A stretch of DNA of 64,000 nucleotides, taken from assembly GCA_964270895.1 (NCBI GenBank), contig OZ185442.1, one strand, 5' to 3'. Of this stretch, positions 1 through 13,029 are shown piece after piece. The translations under genes and the position numbers were made by a program. Positions within the stretch are counted from its first letter, which is position 1; each line of letters begins with the position of its first letter. This DNA comes from Podarcis filfolensis (lineage: Eukaryota). Under the pieces are notes generated by a model. It searched no databases and was not told the DNA's origin. It saw nothing but the letters and a program-made list of their open reading frames with translations.

Positions 1-1125
1 GAAATAATGTTCAGTGGTGATGAAAACTTTGTCCGTCTGTCCCCCAGCCTGCCATCTCTTAACTGAATGTTCTCGGTAATCTTGGCAATTTCCACGATAG
101 TCCAAATCTTGAGCAATCACATTTTTGTTGATGTGACAAAAACGATTGACTCTCTGCTTTGTTGTAATCACCATTTTTGCAGCTGACAATAGTTTTCACA
201 CTAGCCCCTAATTTTCTCTCTTTACTGTGTCATTCACATAACCTACTGACCTCAAGAGAGGATCTAGTGGCATTGTGTAACCTCATGTTAGGCATAATGT
301 GTAGTTAGCTTGTTTTGGAAAAGGATTTAATTTACAAGCAAGCTCACCATCTGTGGTAGAAATTAGCCATATTTTGAGTACAGCACCAGCCATGATCTGT
401 GGCTTTTAAAATATTCTAAACTGCCTGTCTGGGGTCAGATACCACTTACATAGTTTAATGATTCTCTCCTTTTCCAACAGATGGTTTGAGGTGGATCTCT
501 TGCAAATATAAAGTGCCATATCTGATACGATATATCTGAGCCATTCATTTCTCCCTAGGCTTCTTAAAAGCTATTACAAGTACCATGCAAATTTTAATCA
601 TATACTGTACATTTTTTTTACTTCTTACCATGAATTTTTGACACCAGATTATTTGAACTACTGGATTAGTATGACAGTACTTCAAACTCTTACTATTTTT
701 AGAAATACACTGTACAACTGTTGAGATGTAAATATTGGAGCCAAAAGAGCGGTTTCCTAATTTTTCAAGCATATCTGTTCCACTCACTTCACTAACACAA
801 AGGGAGACAGTAAAGATAATCCTGGACTTTTTTTTTTAATTAAAAAAAACTGTATCCCATACTTCCTAAACAGCAGTCACACAAACATCATTTATGTGGC
901 CGCTGTTTTCTGTTTCTTTTCATCAACCCTCACTTGGGGCTGCAAAGCATTTGGGCCTCCATGCTCTGAAGCTCTGTGTGACTTACGGAAAGACATGTAA
1001 TCCATTTCAGGCAGGGAAAGGGAACTTCCTGATAATCAGGGTCGGCAGCTGAACTGCCAGCAGTGAGCAGTGTAGGTGATGAGTCAGAAGAAGCAAAGTC
1101 TATTGTTCTGCTTTTGCCTTCTCAG

Positions 1126-4100
1126 GGCCTCGCTTGGGCAACTCCCCAGTGCCGAGCATCGTCCAGTGTTTGGCAAGGAAGGATGGGACAGATGACTTTT
1201 ACCAGCTCAAGGTAAACAGCAGGTGGAATCCTTTTTTCTGGAGAAGAGCTGGCCAGGTTGCGGAAGCATCGGCTGCTGCAATCTGTGGCCTTGTTCCTTC
1301 TGTGATGATCAGCCTTTAAACCGCTGACACCACAGCACAAAGTGCTGTCAGGGTGCTGCAGCTCTGCTCAAGTCCCCAAAGGTCGGGCACCAGGGTTTCA
1401 TTGGTCCAGCTGTAAATATTCCAAGCACAGAGTTTGATGTTGGAGCTTGTTGACTTTCAAGAAAGAAATGCAATATGTGTGTGTGTGTGTTTTCTTTTCT
1501 TTGCCTGCTTTCCCCAAAGATCCTTACCTTGGAGGATAGGAATGACAAAGGCACGGAAACCCAGGAGGAGCGCCAGGGCAAGATGCTACTCCACACAGAG
1601 TACTCGCTTCTCTCCCTCCTGCACAACCAGGACGGGGTGGTCCACCACCACGGCCTTTTCCAGGTAAGCACAGCCATCCTGGACACACTGGAGTTCTGTA
1701 TCCCTGCCCAGCCCAGCCGGTTGCAGGTTCTATCAGCTTTTGCCCTTTGGAGAGATGTGGGTCCCTGTTCCTCAAAAGACACTGCACACCTATCCAGCCA
1801 CTCTTGTGACTATGATTGCCCCCATATTTGCTTCACTTATATGTCACTCTATTGATATTATAGTGTATGCAACATGATCCACCCCCCAAATGCTATTATG
1901 ATTATTATGAGCCGCTTTGAGCTCAGCATCTGTTATCTGAAAAGTGGAATAAGAAGTATCAAATCAGATCAGATCAAATATATTTTTAAGCTGCTTGCTG
2001 AGGCTGCCAGTGCCACAGTGACTCCATGTTTTGCAATCATACTGCAACAATGAAATATCACTCTGTTCAGGCTTTGCTACAGTCTTCAAGTTCTTCTGAC
2101 TGTAACTTGTTTTACCCAGTTTTAATATTTTTACATGGTTGTAACCCACCCTTGGACTTTATGGTGAAGGTAAGAAATTGCAGTTCATAATACAGACTGC
2201 AGGTGACCCAAACTGAAGTGTTTAGGAAGCTCTTCAGTGGAACATTTAGCAGTTCAGCCTTTTGAGTCTGTGGCACATTAGTGGGAAGAATTCCAGCACA
2301 CTTCCAGCAATAAGGCCTTTTCTCAGGCCCCCCACCAAATACACACATCCATCCATGTAAATTCAGCACATGACTGGAGAAGGTGAATGGGCCAGACCTG
2401 CCACACATGCTGCTGTTGTGCTGGTGGAAAGAGACCTTTTTGGAAAGGAGACTTTTGAAATAGAAGGGTTGCATCAGTATTAGTCATACTTGGAATATAC
2501 CCATTGAAGTTAATCAACATGACTGACTTAGGCCCATTAATTTCAGGGGGTCAACTCTGAGTATACCTTTGTTTCCTCCAACCCCAAAACCATAACTGGG
2601 CTCTTTATTGCATGTCTGTGATCATGCAGGTGTAGAGTTTGGGGTTGGCTGTGACCTCTCGTGCCAAGGAGTGGTGGCCTAGATAGGGGTTTTGACTTTT
2701 GGGAGCCACACAAGCAGCAAGTATGGGGGTCAGCCACTGATGGATGGAAAGGCCAGTTTGGCACCATCTCTCCCAGATTAAAATGACACCTTCCTCCATC
2801 CTTGTTGGGGCTGCAGGACCGAGCCTGTGAGCATGTGGAAGACCTGGAATCCAACCGGATGGTGCGTAAGATGAAGAAGCGCATCTGTCTGGTGCTGGAC
2901 TGCCTCTGTGCCCATGACTTCAGCGACAAGACAGCCGACCTCATCAACCTGCAGCACTATGTCATCAAGGAGAAGCGCCTCAGCGAACGGGAGACCGTCG
3001 TGATTTTCTACGACGTTGTGCGGGTAGTGGAAGCCTTGCACAAGGTAGGGTGTCTCTACTTGTCTCAGGGAGCTGTGAGGAAGATGTGGGGCCCTTGTGG
3101 GGTTTTGGCAGCCACGTGACTGTGAGCGAGGCTTGGTGCTTTGGTGGGGGGCATGGCGTCTGCCAATGCTGAGCTAGAAAGAGTTCTGTGCAAAGCATCT
3201 TCTTATATCCAACTTAGTTGGTGCAAAAGTCTTCAAGTCATAAATGGCCAGGTGAAATGAACAAGGGATCTTGATCCACTCCATTTTCTGCAAGCACATC
3301 TTTAGGGTTGGGGGGATTGAATTAAGCATTTAAGTTTCTTATCTTACCAAATAATCTACTTTGTTCTACAGTGGTACCTCTGCTTATGAACTTAATTCAT
3401 TCGAGAGATCCATTCTTAACCTGAAACCATTCTTAACCTGAGGTACCACTTTAGCTAATGGGGCCTCCCACTGCCACCACCGCACCACTGCTGCGCGATT
3501 TCTATTCTCATCCTAAGGTAAAGTTCTTAACCCGAGGTGGTACTACCAGGTTAGCAGAGTCTGTAACCCGAAGTGTTAGTAACCCGAGGTACCACTGTAA
3601 TAGTATAAATTCCCTCTTGTCTTTCTAGAAGAACATTGTGCACAGAGACTTGAAGTTGGGGAACATGGTGCTGAACAAAAGGTGAGCCCCTCTTGCAACT
3701 TTCACTCTGGAACATTATTTGCAGCTGGTGGGATTTCTGCGGATTGAGGTGGCACGCCAAAGAAAGTTAAGCTCCTGTGTGTGCTGGGAAACACCTGCCA
3801 AGAAAGCTCCCGCTTTTCATTCTGTGCATCCACACACAAATCAAACAGCAACCTTAGAAGGCGGTGTCTTGTTTGCTTGTTTTTCCCTGGAGAAAGCACT
3901 TTGGCCTTCCTTAGGAGTTTAGCGAGGTCACAGGAGAATGAAACTGGAGGAGGGAGGCCGTATCAGTCTCATCCCCCTAGACATCTGATGCAGGAACATG
4001 TGTTGCAGCCTTGTCATTTGTGCACCAGTTCAGGGTTGACCTCATAAGAGCCTCAAGTGAGACGAGGCCAACTAGTTTTATCATCAGAGTGTAACTTCCA

Positions 4101-7100
4101 ATAGCTGCCACTGCCCTCTCCCTTCCTTTGCTCCCAGACAACTCAGCGTCACAGTGAGGAATGCCGCTGACAGCTCCATGCACCCCTTTAAACAAGATGT
4201 TATGTCACATCAGTAGGTTTTGTATCCATTGCTTGCACACACTCACATGCTCCGCATAATGTGACTCACGTTTCTGGCAAGACTTTGCCTGTTAAAGCCC
4301 CTGCCACCCACAAGCACAAGTTATATCTGTTCTGAAACATACAAGGCATACATGTGGCTTCATGTCTGGCTTTTGAGCTTCTTGGAGATACTTAAGCTGC
4401 TGCATTTGGAAAAAGGATACTGGGTTAGATGAACCTTCTGATATCACCCACTAGGGCCGCTCTTACACTCCTAAAAACGAAACGCAACAGTTTTCTAGAG
4501 CAGCCGTTCCCAACCCTAGTGCCTTCCAGGTGTTTGGGACTGCATCTCTCATAACCCTTTAATGTTGGCCATTGAGTGGGGCTGATTGGAATTAAAGTAC
4601 TAAAGTTTTGGAGGGCACCAGGATGGGGAAAGGTGTTCTAGGGAGTTGGAGATGAACAACCCTGAAAAAGGATCTGGTTCGCACCTGAAAGTTCTCTGAG
4701 TTCCAGCCCTGCAGTTGATTGTCTGAAGTGATATTCATGGCTCAAAGTGCCTTTCATTGACTTTGGCTCTTTTACCAAGAATGAACCCTTCCTGAGTAGG
4801 CCTTATCCCAGGGATCCAGCAGTGTTTTGCATTCAAGGTGGCCACAAGGCCATGTTCTTGCAGGCATGTTCTTGTTTCTGTTGCCACCGCTACATTAAAA
4901 GCGCATCAAATGGCCTTGTGGAGCGAGAGATGTGAAGTAGGCAAATATCTGTTGAGCAACGGCCTGGTAGTGCAGAAATGCCCTTTGGGTGGCCCTCGCT
5001 CATCCAGGATCACAGTGAGGCAAGTGGTGCCATTTATTGCTCCTTCCTGATCCCCTGTGGGATGAGATCAGTTTTTGGCTGCCTGAAAACAGCCATTCAT
5101 ACATTTCACAGCTGAAGCACCTTGGATGCTGATCTCCTGATGGCTTCATTGCCAAGAAAACATCGTCGTCTGCCAGGAGGACACGGCGGATGTTTATGAG
5201 CTGAGGCCATCCTCCACCCCTCGCTCACAAGAGAGCCATCAGGAGCTGGCTGTTTGGAATGCTGACTTCTTTCTTTCTTTTAAACAAGTCTCAGTTAATT
5301 TAGCCAAAGAACATCCAGGCCTGCTGGTTCTTGTGCATTCAGGCCTGTTGCTCCGTCGTCCCTCCCTCCCACTCCCAACTTCTCAAAAGTCCGCTCGTAT
5401 TTCTTGAGTGAAGGTCAATAAATCTGGCACAGATGATCAAAACCTTTCAGGGGAGTGCCAGACCCCCAACTCCCAGGGGGTTAATGCAACTTTTGCCATC
5501 TTAGTGCTCTCCGCATTTGTGGAGGACTGAAGGGTGTTTTAGTCCAAAACGTCTGGAGGGCATCAAGTTGGTGAAGGCTGAATCAGGGTTTTGAGGACAC
5601 TCTGAAAATCAAAGTTTAAGCTGAACCTGAGTTCACAAATTTAGATAGATAGGCAGCGGCATATTTATACAGTGCTTCTCCAAGTTGCTCAGGCCAATGT
5701 ACATGGTCTTGCATCCATACACCCACATGCCCTTGCCAACTACCGCATGTTACTCACTGGTCTTAGGTCACCCAGAGAGCTTTACAGCTGAAGGGTGGCT
5801 CTGAATAATTCTGATGTGTATGTCATACCAAACTCCCAAAAGCCCCATCTGGTCCATCCACTGTTGTTAGCTGCTTGGCATTATTCCTCAGAGCGGCCTT
5901 CAGTGTCTTTGTTGACACCCCAGGCATTCATACTACTCCAGCACCCCTCACTCCCACCCCCCGTTACCCGGCCACTAACTTTTTCTCCCCTCCAGGACCC
6001 ACCGAATCACCATCACAAACTTCTGCCTGGGGAAGCACTTGGTGAGTGAAGATGACCTCCTGAAGGACCAGCGTGGGAGCCCTGCCTACATCAGCCCTGA
6101 CGTCCTCAGTGGTAGGCAGCAGCATCCCGTGGCAGCCCCCAGACCTTTCTCCCAAAAGGGCCTCCTCCCTGCTTTGCAAGCATGACACCACAGGCATGTG
6201 ACGCGGCACTGAGCCTCTCCAATGTTGGGCCCAAAACGGGAACATGAGACCAGCCCACAGGCTGGTTGCTTAGCGCCTCTCCTTTGTCTTCCTCCTCCTC
6301 CTCCTCCTCCTCCTCCTCCTCCTCCTCCTCCTCCTCCTCCTCCTCCTCCTCCTGGATGGGCCCTGCTAACTCTCCAGGGCTGTCTCTCTCTGTTTGCAGG
6401 CCGGCCGTATCGTGGGAAGCCCAGCGACATGTGGGCCCTGGGCGTGGTCCTCTTTACCATGCTGTATGGGCAGTTCCCCTTCTACGACAGCATCCCCCAG
6501 GAGCTCTTCCGCAAGATCAAGGCTGCTGAATACACCATCCCCGAGTAAGTGGGGGTCGGGGGCATGCCTGGCCACGGGGTTCTGGGCCTTGGTGTCTCTG
6601 GTTTGGTAGCTCCACTGCCCCTCACTCTCGCTCTTTCCTGACAGAGATGGGCGGGTGTCGGAAAACACTGTGTGCTTGATCCGAAAGCTGCTCGTCTTGG
6701 ACCCTCAGCAGCGCCTGACAGCCTCCGAAGTGCTCGACTCCCTCAGTTCCATCATTGCTTCCTGGTGAGTGTGTGGTGGAAGGGGAAGGGGATAAAATCC
6801 TTCAAAGAGCCCTGCAGATGGATCAGGCCAAAGGCCCATCTCACCCAGCATCTGTTCTCGCAGGCACCAACCAGATCTGGGGGCAACACCAGCCCCTCTG
6901 CTCACCCCTCCAGCCCAAAGCTGGCCTGCGGTGAAGGAGTGAGCTTTGTTGGGAAGGCTGGGTGCAGGAGTCTTTTGTAAATGCTTTGAACATTGGCCAA
7001 AAGACACAGGAAGTGTTGTCTCAACTCCTTGGGAAGGAACACCTTGGGCCATGTCTCTTGTTTCTTAATGGTGGATGCGGCATAATTTCTCCCTCCTCCT

Positions 7101-9068
7101 CACCTTGCTCCCTTTGCTAGAAGAGCATCTTCTTGAGCTAAGTTTTATACCCTGCTACAGAGACCCAGGGACGCGGGTGGCACTGTGGGTTAAACCACAG
7201 AGCCTAGGGCTTGCCAATCAGAAGGTCGGCGGTTCGAATCCCCGCAATGGGGTGAGTTCCCATTTTTTGGTCCCTGCTCCTGTCAACCTAGCAGTTCGAA
7301 AGCACATCAAAGTGCAAGTAGATAAATAGGTACCACTCTGGTGGGAAGGTAAACAGCATTTCCGTGTGCTGCTCTGGTTCGCCAGAAGCGGCTTTGTCAT
7401 GCTGGCCACATGACCTGGAAGCTGTAGGCCAGCTCCCTCAGCCAATAAAGTGAGATGAGCAACGCAACCCCAGAGTCAGTCACGACTGGACCTAATGGTC
7501 AGGGGTCCCTTTACCTTTACAGAGACCCAAGTACTGAAAGAAGCATGAGCAGCCACCTTTACTTCTCAACTAAATGGAAGCACCCCATTTGTGTCCTTCA
7601 GTGCCCTGCCCAGGAAAAGGCTTGCCTTTCTTGACAGTGGGCACTGTGGAAGACCTCTTACAGTTCTGACCACCAGGTCTTAAAAAGATATTGTAGAGCT
7701 GTCAAAGGACAGTCAAAAGCATCCTGGGGATGGAACAACTGCCTGCAGCATGTGATGAACCCTTCGGTCCACTGATAAAGAAGCATCCATAATAACCTGT
7801 GTGTCATGTTGCCCCCACCCCACCCTGGTCCTGTGCTGCTGCTTCAGTCAGGTGCTGCTGGCTTGTACATGCTGAGAAATGGTGAGGTGGGTGGGCGGGC
7901 AAGGCTCCTGTGTGCAGTGTGTGAGGGTTGCCGTCTTCCAACTGGGGGCTTAGGCCACCTCTGAGGTTGGCACAAATGTGCCGCCTCCTGACCCACCAGC
8001 CTGTCTCTCCTGCAGGCAGTCCATGTCCCTGCTGAGCGGGCCCTTGCAAGTGGTGCCTGACATAGACGACCAGGTGGCGAATCCAGAAAGCGCACACGAG
8101 GTAAGACCGCCTGCTGAGCAGGACCACTTGCTAGTCAGAAATGAAACGAACAGGGCAGAGCAGATACCCAGCAGCATCTGTCTCTGCTGGCCTTGGGGGC
8201 TTTTGCCATCAGTTGGTTCCCAGCTGATGAGAAGTGATGGCTGGGGAAAATGAATGTCTTGCTGAGAAAGCTCTCTGAGATAGCAACACATTTTTTAACC
8301 GAATTGCAATTTTAATGCAGATTCTTAAGTATTATTAAATGCTACTGGGGATCTGAAGTCAACCACCTCAGCTTGTCCATGAAATTCAGCTGGTATCTTG
8401 GCTTCCTCTTTTTCTCTCTTTTCACCTGCAGGCGGCCCCTTCCCTTCTTAGCTGGCTCCACCTGTCTTTCCTCCAGGCCCCTCCTGCTTTCCCTTTGGCA
8501 GTTGGAATGTTTGAGGACATTCCTGCCAAATATTAAGAGCCCCCAGGTTGTGTTCGAGTGCTGCGAATCTGGCGGCTCCTTGCAGCAGAGACCCCTGTCG
8601 CCTCTCAGAGCTTGCTATCAAGTCAAATGCCCACTGCTCTGAATGAATCTGGGATTCCCAGGTGCATGAACATGGAGGGGGTGGGGAGCGACTTGTCAAT
8701 GCAGAAAACGAGCCTGGCAGGCTTTGTGGTGTGTGCAGTGGAGCAGTGAGCTTGTGTACAAATGCTGGGGGGGAAGGGGGGATGCTGTTGCAAGCAGGTC
8801 TGGCCCCCACCTTCCTGGTGGTCTCTAACAGGGCTCCTCCTCCTCGCAGGCGAAGGTGACGGAGGAGTGTTCGCAGTACGAGTTTGAGAACTACATGAGG
8901 CAGCAGCTGCTGCTGGCCGAGGAGAAGAACACGCTCCATGAGGCCAAGAGCTTCCTCCAAAAGCGGCAGTTTGGGAACATCCCTCCGGTGCGGCGCCTGG
9001 GCCACGACGCCCAGCCAATGAACCCCTTGGACGCGGCCATCCTTGCACAGCGCTACCTTCGGAAGTAG
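1126..9068 (+). CDS. STK40: Serine/threonine kinase 40 (pseudokinase), 5'-partial. Coding exons: 1126-1211, 1520-1663, 2817-3044, 3629-3681, 5996-6111, 6400-6544, 6645-6764, 8016-8100, 8850-9068 (TAG). The first coding exon lies upstream of the window.
   Basis: All nine exons have AG/GT boundaries with consistent phases (1196 nt in total). The translation (PRLGNSPVPSIVQCLARKDGTDDFYQLK...HRDLKLGN...ITNFCLGKHL...GSPAYISPDVLSG...LQVVPDIDD...AILAQRYLRK*) is nearly identical to recalled human STK40, including NFC in place of DFG and the VPD COP1-binding motif. Confidence 0.98.
3369..3597. mobile_element. Tc1/mariner (Tigger-like) MITE in an STK40 intron
   Basis: TIR CAGTGGTACCTC...GAGGTACCACTG with TA target duplication (3367-3368, 3598-3599). 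A second copy is at 48645-48858. Confidence 0.9.
4501..4635. mobile_element. Degenerate palindromic hAT (Charlie/URR1-like) MITE
   Basis: Imperfect internal palindrome with 8-bp TSD ttctagag/ttctaggg. Related decayed copies are at about 5435-5581, 40748-40878, 51010-51090, 54800-54908 and 61705-61800. Confidence 0.65.
6291..6353 (+). repeat. (CCT)21 perfect trinucleotide repeat in an STK40 intron
   Basis: Read directly; it ends 46 nt before the exon at 6400. Confidence 0.97.
7168..7517 (+). mobile_element. Full-length Sauria SINE (lacertid type) in an STK40 intron
   Basis: Head GGGACGCGGGTGGC...GGTTCGAATCC (B box), 3' end (TTTACC)n, and a 12-bp TSD tacagagaccca (7156-7167, 7518-7529). Confidence 0.93.
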
Positions 9069-11961
9069 CTCCTCCCACCCCACCGTGGGTCTCTTGCCCC
9101 CGACGGGGCGTGCGACAGCGACAGCCAGGTCCCAGGATCCCTCACAATGTAGCAGTCTTCCCCTGTGAGCTGAGTGCTCAACAGGCATTGCCTGCTGGGC
9201 TTTGCCCCCCGACCCCGGAGGGGGCAGCAGGGGAAAGACCCCAACTGTCTGGGGAAATGGCTGGCGGATTTTAACTCCACACCTAGACAGCTAATCTGCT
9301 TTTAATCATGACTCTGAAATCTACCTCTCTGCCTCTTTTTAACCACACTGTTCTCTGGACTGAAACGAGGAGCGTTTTTTGGCAAAGTTTGCCCCCGCAG
9401 GCTTCTTTTCTGACGCAGACGTTGGACTGCTGCGGAGACCACGTGGGCCGTGCTTTGCTCTGTCTGGTTTGAATAAGCTTAATCATTTCCCCCTCCTTTC
9501 TTCCCTCCCCCCTGGTGGGTTTCATGAAAGTAACTATTTCTTAAACCCTCTCCCCCATCCCCTTTGTTCTATTTTTAATTTAACACCTGGTTTGAATATA
9601 TTTTGTGTAAACGTTGGTTTCGGGCCCTCTGCGTGACCACAGGCTTAGCAAATGGGTTGCCTCCACTACGAGCTTCTCTCCACGTGAGAAAGCCTCGCTC
9701 TGCAGATTCTGACCTGGGGAAAGAGTTCCAAACCAGGGGCTGTTTAAAAAATGTAGCTTTTCTGAGGGCCCAAACCTCCCTTTTCCAATCACTTTAATTA
9801 TTTGGGGAGGGTTTATTTTTCCTGGGAGGGTTTTTGTTTTGTTTTGTTCTGTCTTCCTTTCTTTTTAAATGGTAGCTTTTGAAAGGTGCAGTAACGTTGC
9901 ATTAATTCTGTTGACATTTCTCCCTGCCTCCTCCTCACCCACACTGGTACGGCTGAAGGGATAAATCTGTGAAAAATGTGAAAAGGGTTTGCTTGCTTCA
10001 TTTTTGTTTTGTTCCCTACCCCCCAGGCTGTCTCAGGTTCAGAAATGCCTGCTGGTCTCCACTCCTTTATGTGCTCTTTGCTTTGTCTTGCCATTGCCAT
10101 CTTGTCACAGACAATTCCCCCACCATGACATTTATTATTATTTTTTGCGGGGGTGGGCAGAAGTGGTTCCCCTGATGCTGTGCGAACGGCGGGTCTTGCT
10201 GGGACTGGGCTGGATCATTTCTGAGCCTCGTTTGTTGGAACTGGATGCCTCTCTTGCCAGATAAGCTGTTCTCAAGCAACCCTCCCTAGGCTGTGCTGCC
10301 CCATTTCCACTCCCTTCCCATTTCCGGTCAGCCTTCATCACCCTTTCAAAAATTGTCTCAAAATGTGAGGTGTCCCCTCCCCACCCACCCTGTTGAACCA
10401 TTGGATGCCAGCAGAAGCAGCATTGCAGTATCCAGGAAGCGACACTGACCTGAAGGAAGTTGGCTCTGCAGTCTGGCTGGAGTGGGGCTGTTGGATGGCC
10501 CTGAGATGAATGAACCAGCCAAGGACAACGGCCTCCCTTAGTGTGAATGTTTTTGCATGGTTCAAAGAGGAGGACTAGCGAAGGTTGTAGATCCTGAAAT
10601 CTGACTTCAGCACAAGGAATTATTTTCTACTGACGAGAACTGCAAAAGAATTCTGCAAATCTCTTTAAAAAGAGAAAAGAAGAAAACCAACCACGTTGAA
10701 ACTTCCTTGCAGAACCTCTGTGCCTGATCTACACTCCCCTCCCCTCTGTGGGGCAGACTCTGCTTTGGTTGTTCTCTGGCTTTCTCATCGTTGCTAAGTT
10801 GGGAAACAGGGATGGAGTTAGGGAAACCCACATTTTGCTCTCTCACTAGGAATGGATGGTAACCAACCCCTCAAAGGTCACCAGCCCCCCCATGCAGTCT
10901 CGCCAAGAAACACAGCATAAACCTGCCTATAAGGCATTAGCTCTGTGGATCAAGCCAAAACTGGATTGGTGAACGCTAACAAGCTTAATGGCACCCCTTG
11001 CTTGGCCCAGGTGGGGGCAGTAAATTTGGGCTCCCATTTCACAGCCCCTTCTGTGGGCCAAACCTCTCCAGGTGAGCCAGTTGCTGTAGGCCCCTGGATC
11101 TTGTTTCCTGGGCCCCAGCCTCTCTGGTGGTTTTTGGGACTGTTGCTTGCAGCACCATCATAGCCCACAAGATGGAGAAATCCCTCAGTTGGGGGGTAAG
11201 ATATTTCCCCAACTCCAAAAAACTGAGTTGCCCATCTTGTCATCTGGAAGCACATGCGAGATGTCCTGCTTGAGCGGGGCCTGCACACCTCCAAAATGAA
11301 CTATTCTGCTGAAGACAGACCCATAGCAGTTCCCCTCAGTCCTACCTACAGCTTTCTATGGGGTTGCAGTCCCAGCTGACATGTTTTCTTAACAGTATTG
11401 GAAGGTGGGAGAAGAAGTGTAGGATGACAGGCGAGGTGTGGGCCTGCTTTCACGACAACTTTCTAGTCCACTTCCCAAGCAGGCGGTTTCTGTGGACTTC
11501 TCCTCTGCCTGGAATATTTCCTGTGTCAGTAGCAATAGAAGCCCCCTGGGCAGGGCCGGCTCTTCCTTCCCCTCTCGGAATTCAGGCAGGGCAGACTCTG
11601 CTCCCTCTGCTTCCTTTCTCTCTCTCATCTCCCCTTCACCAATACTGACCATCTTCCCCAGCAGAGCTGGCTGTGTGTTTTGCATTGGGACTCTCTCCAT
11701 CCTCAAAAAACATAGCAATACTCGACAGGCTGTCAAGCTGTGTGCTCCGCCCAACTCTGGACATGGTGATGAAAAGCAAACTGAAAGGAAATGGGGAGTG
11801 AGGGTGTGTGGAAATTGGGGTGAGCTGTCTGGGTTGTGTTTTTGTGGATTACAAGCCGGGTGAGACACCAGAGACAAAAGATCCTATTGTAAAAAAATTG
11901 CAAAGATAATTTGTATAGAGACCTATTTTTGTATTACATCCAACTATTCCTGCATGTCAGC

Positions 11962-11967
11962 AATAAA
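11962..11967 (+). terminator. Probable STK40 polyadenylation signal (AATAAA), giving a 3'UTR of about 2.9 kb from 9069
   Basis: AATAAA at the end of an AU-rich block (11880-11990), followed by a GU/U-rich stretch and then a (TG)n(AG)n microsatellite. Use as the poly(A) site is inferred. Confidence 0.65.
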
Positions 11968-12034
11968 ATTTCATAATGTAGAACTAAATCTGTATTGTGT
12001 TGGAAGGTCCTGGCGACTTTTGTCTGGAGCCAAG

Positions 12035-12037
<3 letters not shown>

Positions 12038-12122
<85 letters not shown>
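12038..12122 (+). repeat. Compound (TG)n(AG)n microsatellite
   Basis: Read directly, just downstream of the probable STK40 poly(A) site. Confidence 0.97.
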
Positions 12123-12124
<2 letters not shown>

Positions 12125-12856
12125 CATGTGAAAACAGAATTCTGTTTCAAGAGAATTATTTTGCTAGCTTTTAAACATTTTTACAGAAACTCCTAGTTCT
12201 CATGCGTCTGAAGATGTGCTTGGAATGAGGTAGGCAATATCTGCAGAAATCTTGGGAGCTGGAGGGAAGGAAGGCTGCACATGAGACGACAGGTTGGAAC
12301 GAATTGCACATGGGGAGGTTGAGCACATGGGATCACTTTGTGTAACTTATGAAAGGCCTGCAGTTTGGGTGCAAAATCTGAGTTGTCCAAGGAGACAGAA
12401 TATAATGTGTCTCAAATAAGCAAGCCTTGCAGTGAGTCAGAGCGAAGGGCTTCTCGCCGCTGCCTGAGGAGCATCCCTTGAGTTGTTTGTGCAACTCATT
12501 TGTCAAACACCAATGTTCTACACCTGTGTTATCACTGGCAGTCAGGTATGTCCTTTCTGCCCTGGTGGTATGGGTGCTTGTGGTAGTTAAAATTCTTCTA
12601 CTTAGGAATGTGTTGAGCCCCAGCTGGGAGAGAATTCCACTGGTCTGTCTTATCTAACACACTCAAAATTCCTCTGAAGCACCACTCCACCATTGAGGAA
12701 GCGAAACCCAAGAGGGCACAAGCTGGTACTCAACTGGGGAAGGGGAAGACACTCAGATCTCTCCCTTGCCACCCGCTTCTGACTCTACAGAGTTGGAGGA
12801 GGGCTGCAGGAATAGTTTTGTATTTCCCATGCACACAGACATTTAGGCAGCCCTAC

Positions 12857-13029
12857 GGTGAAACGGCGTTTCCGTGCGCTGCTCTAGTTTCGCCAGAAGC
12901 GGCTTGGTCATGCTGGCCACATGACCCGGAAGCTGTATGCCGGCTCCCTCGGCCAATAAAGCGAGATGAGCGCCGCAACCCCAGAGTCGTCTGCGACTGA
13001 ACCTAATGGTCAGGGGTTACCTTTACCTT
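12857..13029 (+). mobile_element. 5'-truncated Sauria SINE
   Basis: The 3' half is nearly identical to 7345-7517 and ends in ttacctttacctt. Confidence 0.88.

Noticed and set aside
5111-5290. Possible poison exon in the long STK40 intron
   Set aside because: An acceptor-like site with an immediate in-frame TGA is present, but there is no convincing donor and no conservation evidence is available.
6086-6548. ORFs with poly-Pro, poly-Gly and poly-Ser runs
   Set aside because: These are translations of the intronic (CCT)21 repeat. The real STK40 exon starts at the acceptor at 6400.
8832-8849. In-frame alternative acceptor (ctaacAG) that would add GSSSSQ to the last STK40 exon
   Set aside because: This AG directly follows the likely branch point (CTAAC) of the 8849 acceptor, too close for normal use, and the human-like exon length fits 8850.
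8448-9188. 246-aa and other long antisense or alternative-frame ORFs over GC-rich regions (also 14255-14842, 20173-20817, 35591-36232, 56459-56941)
   Set aside because: They are shadows of real exons or of GC-rich sequence, several start at non-ATG codons, and none has a recognisable domain.
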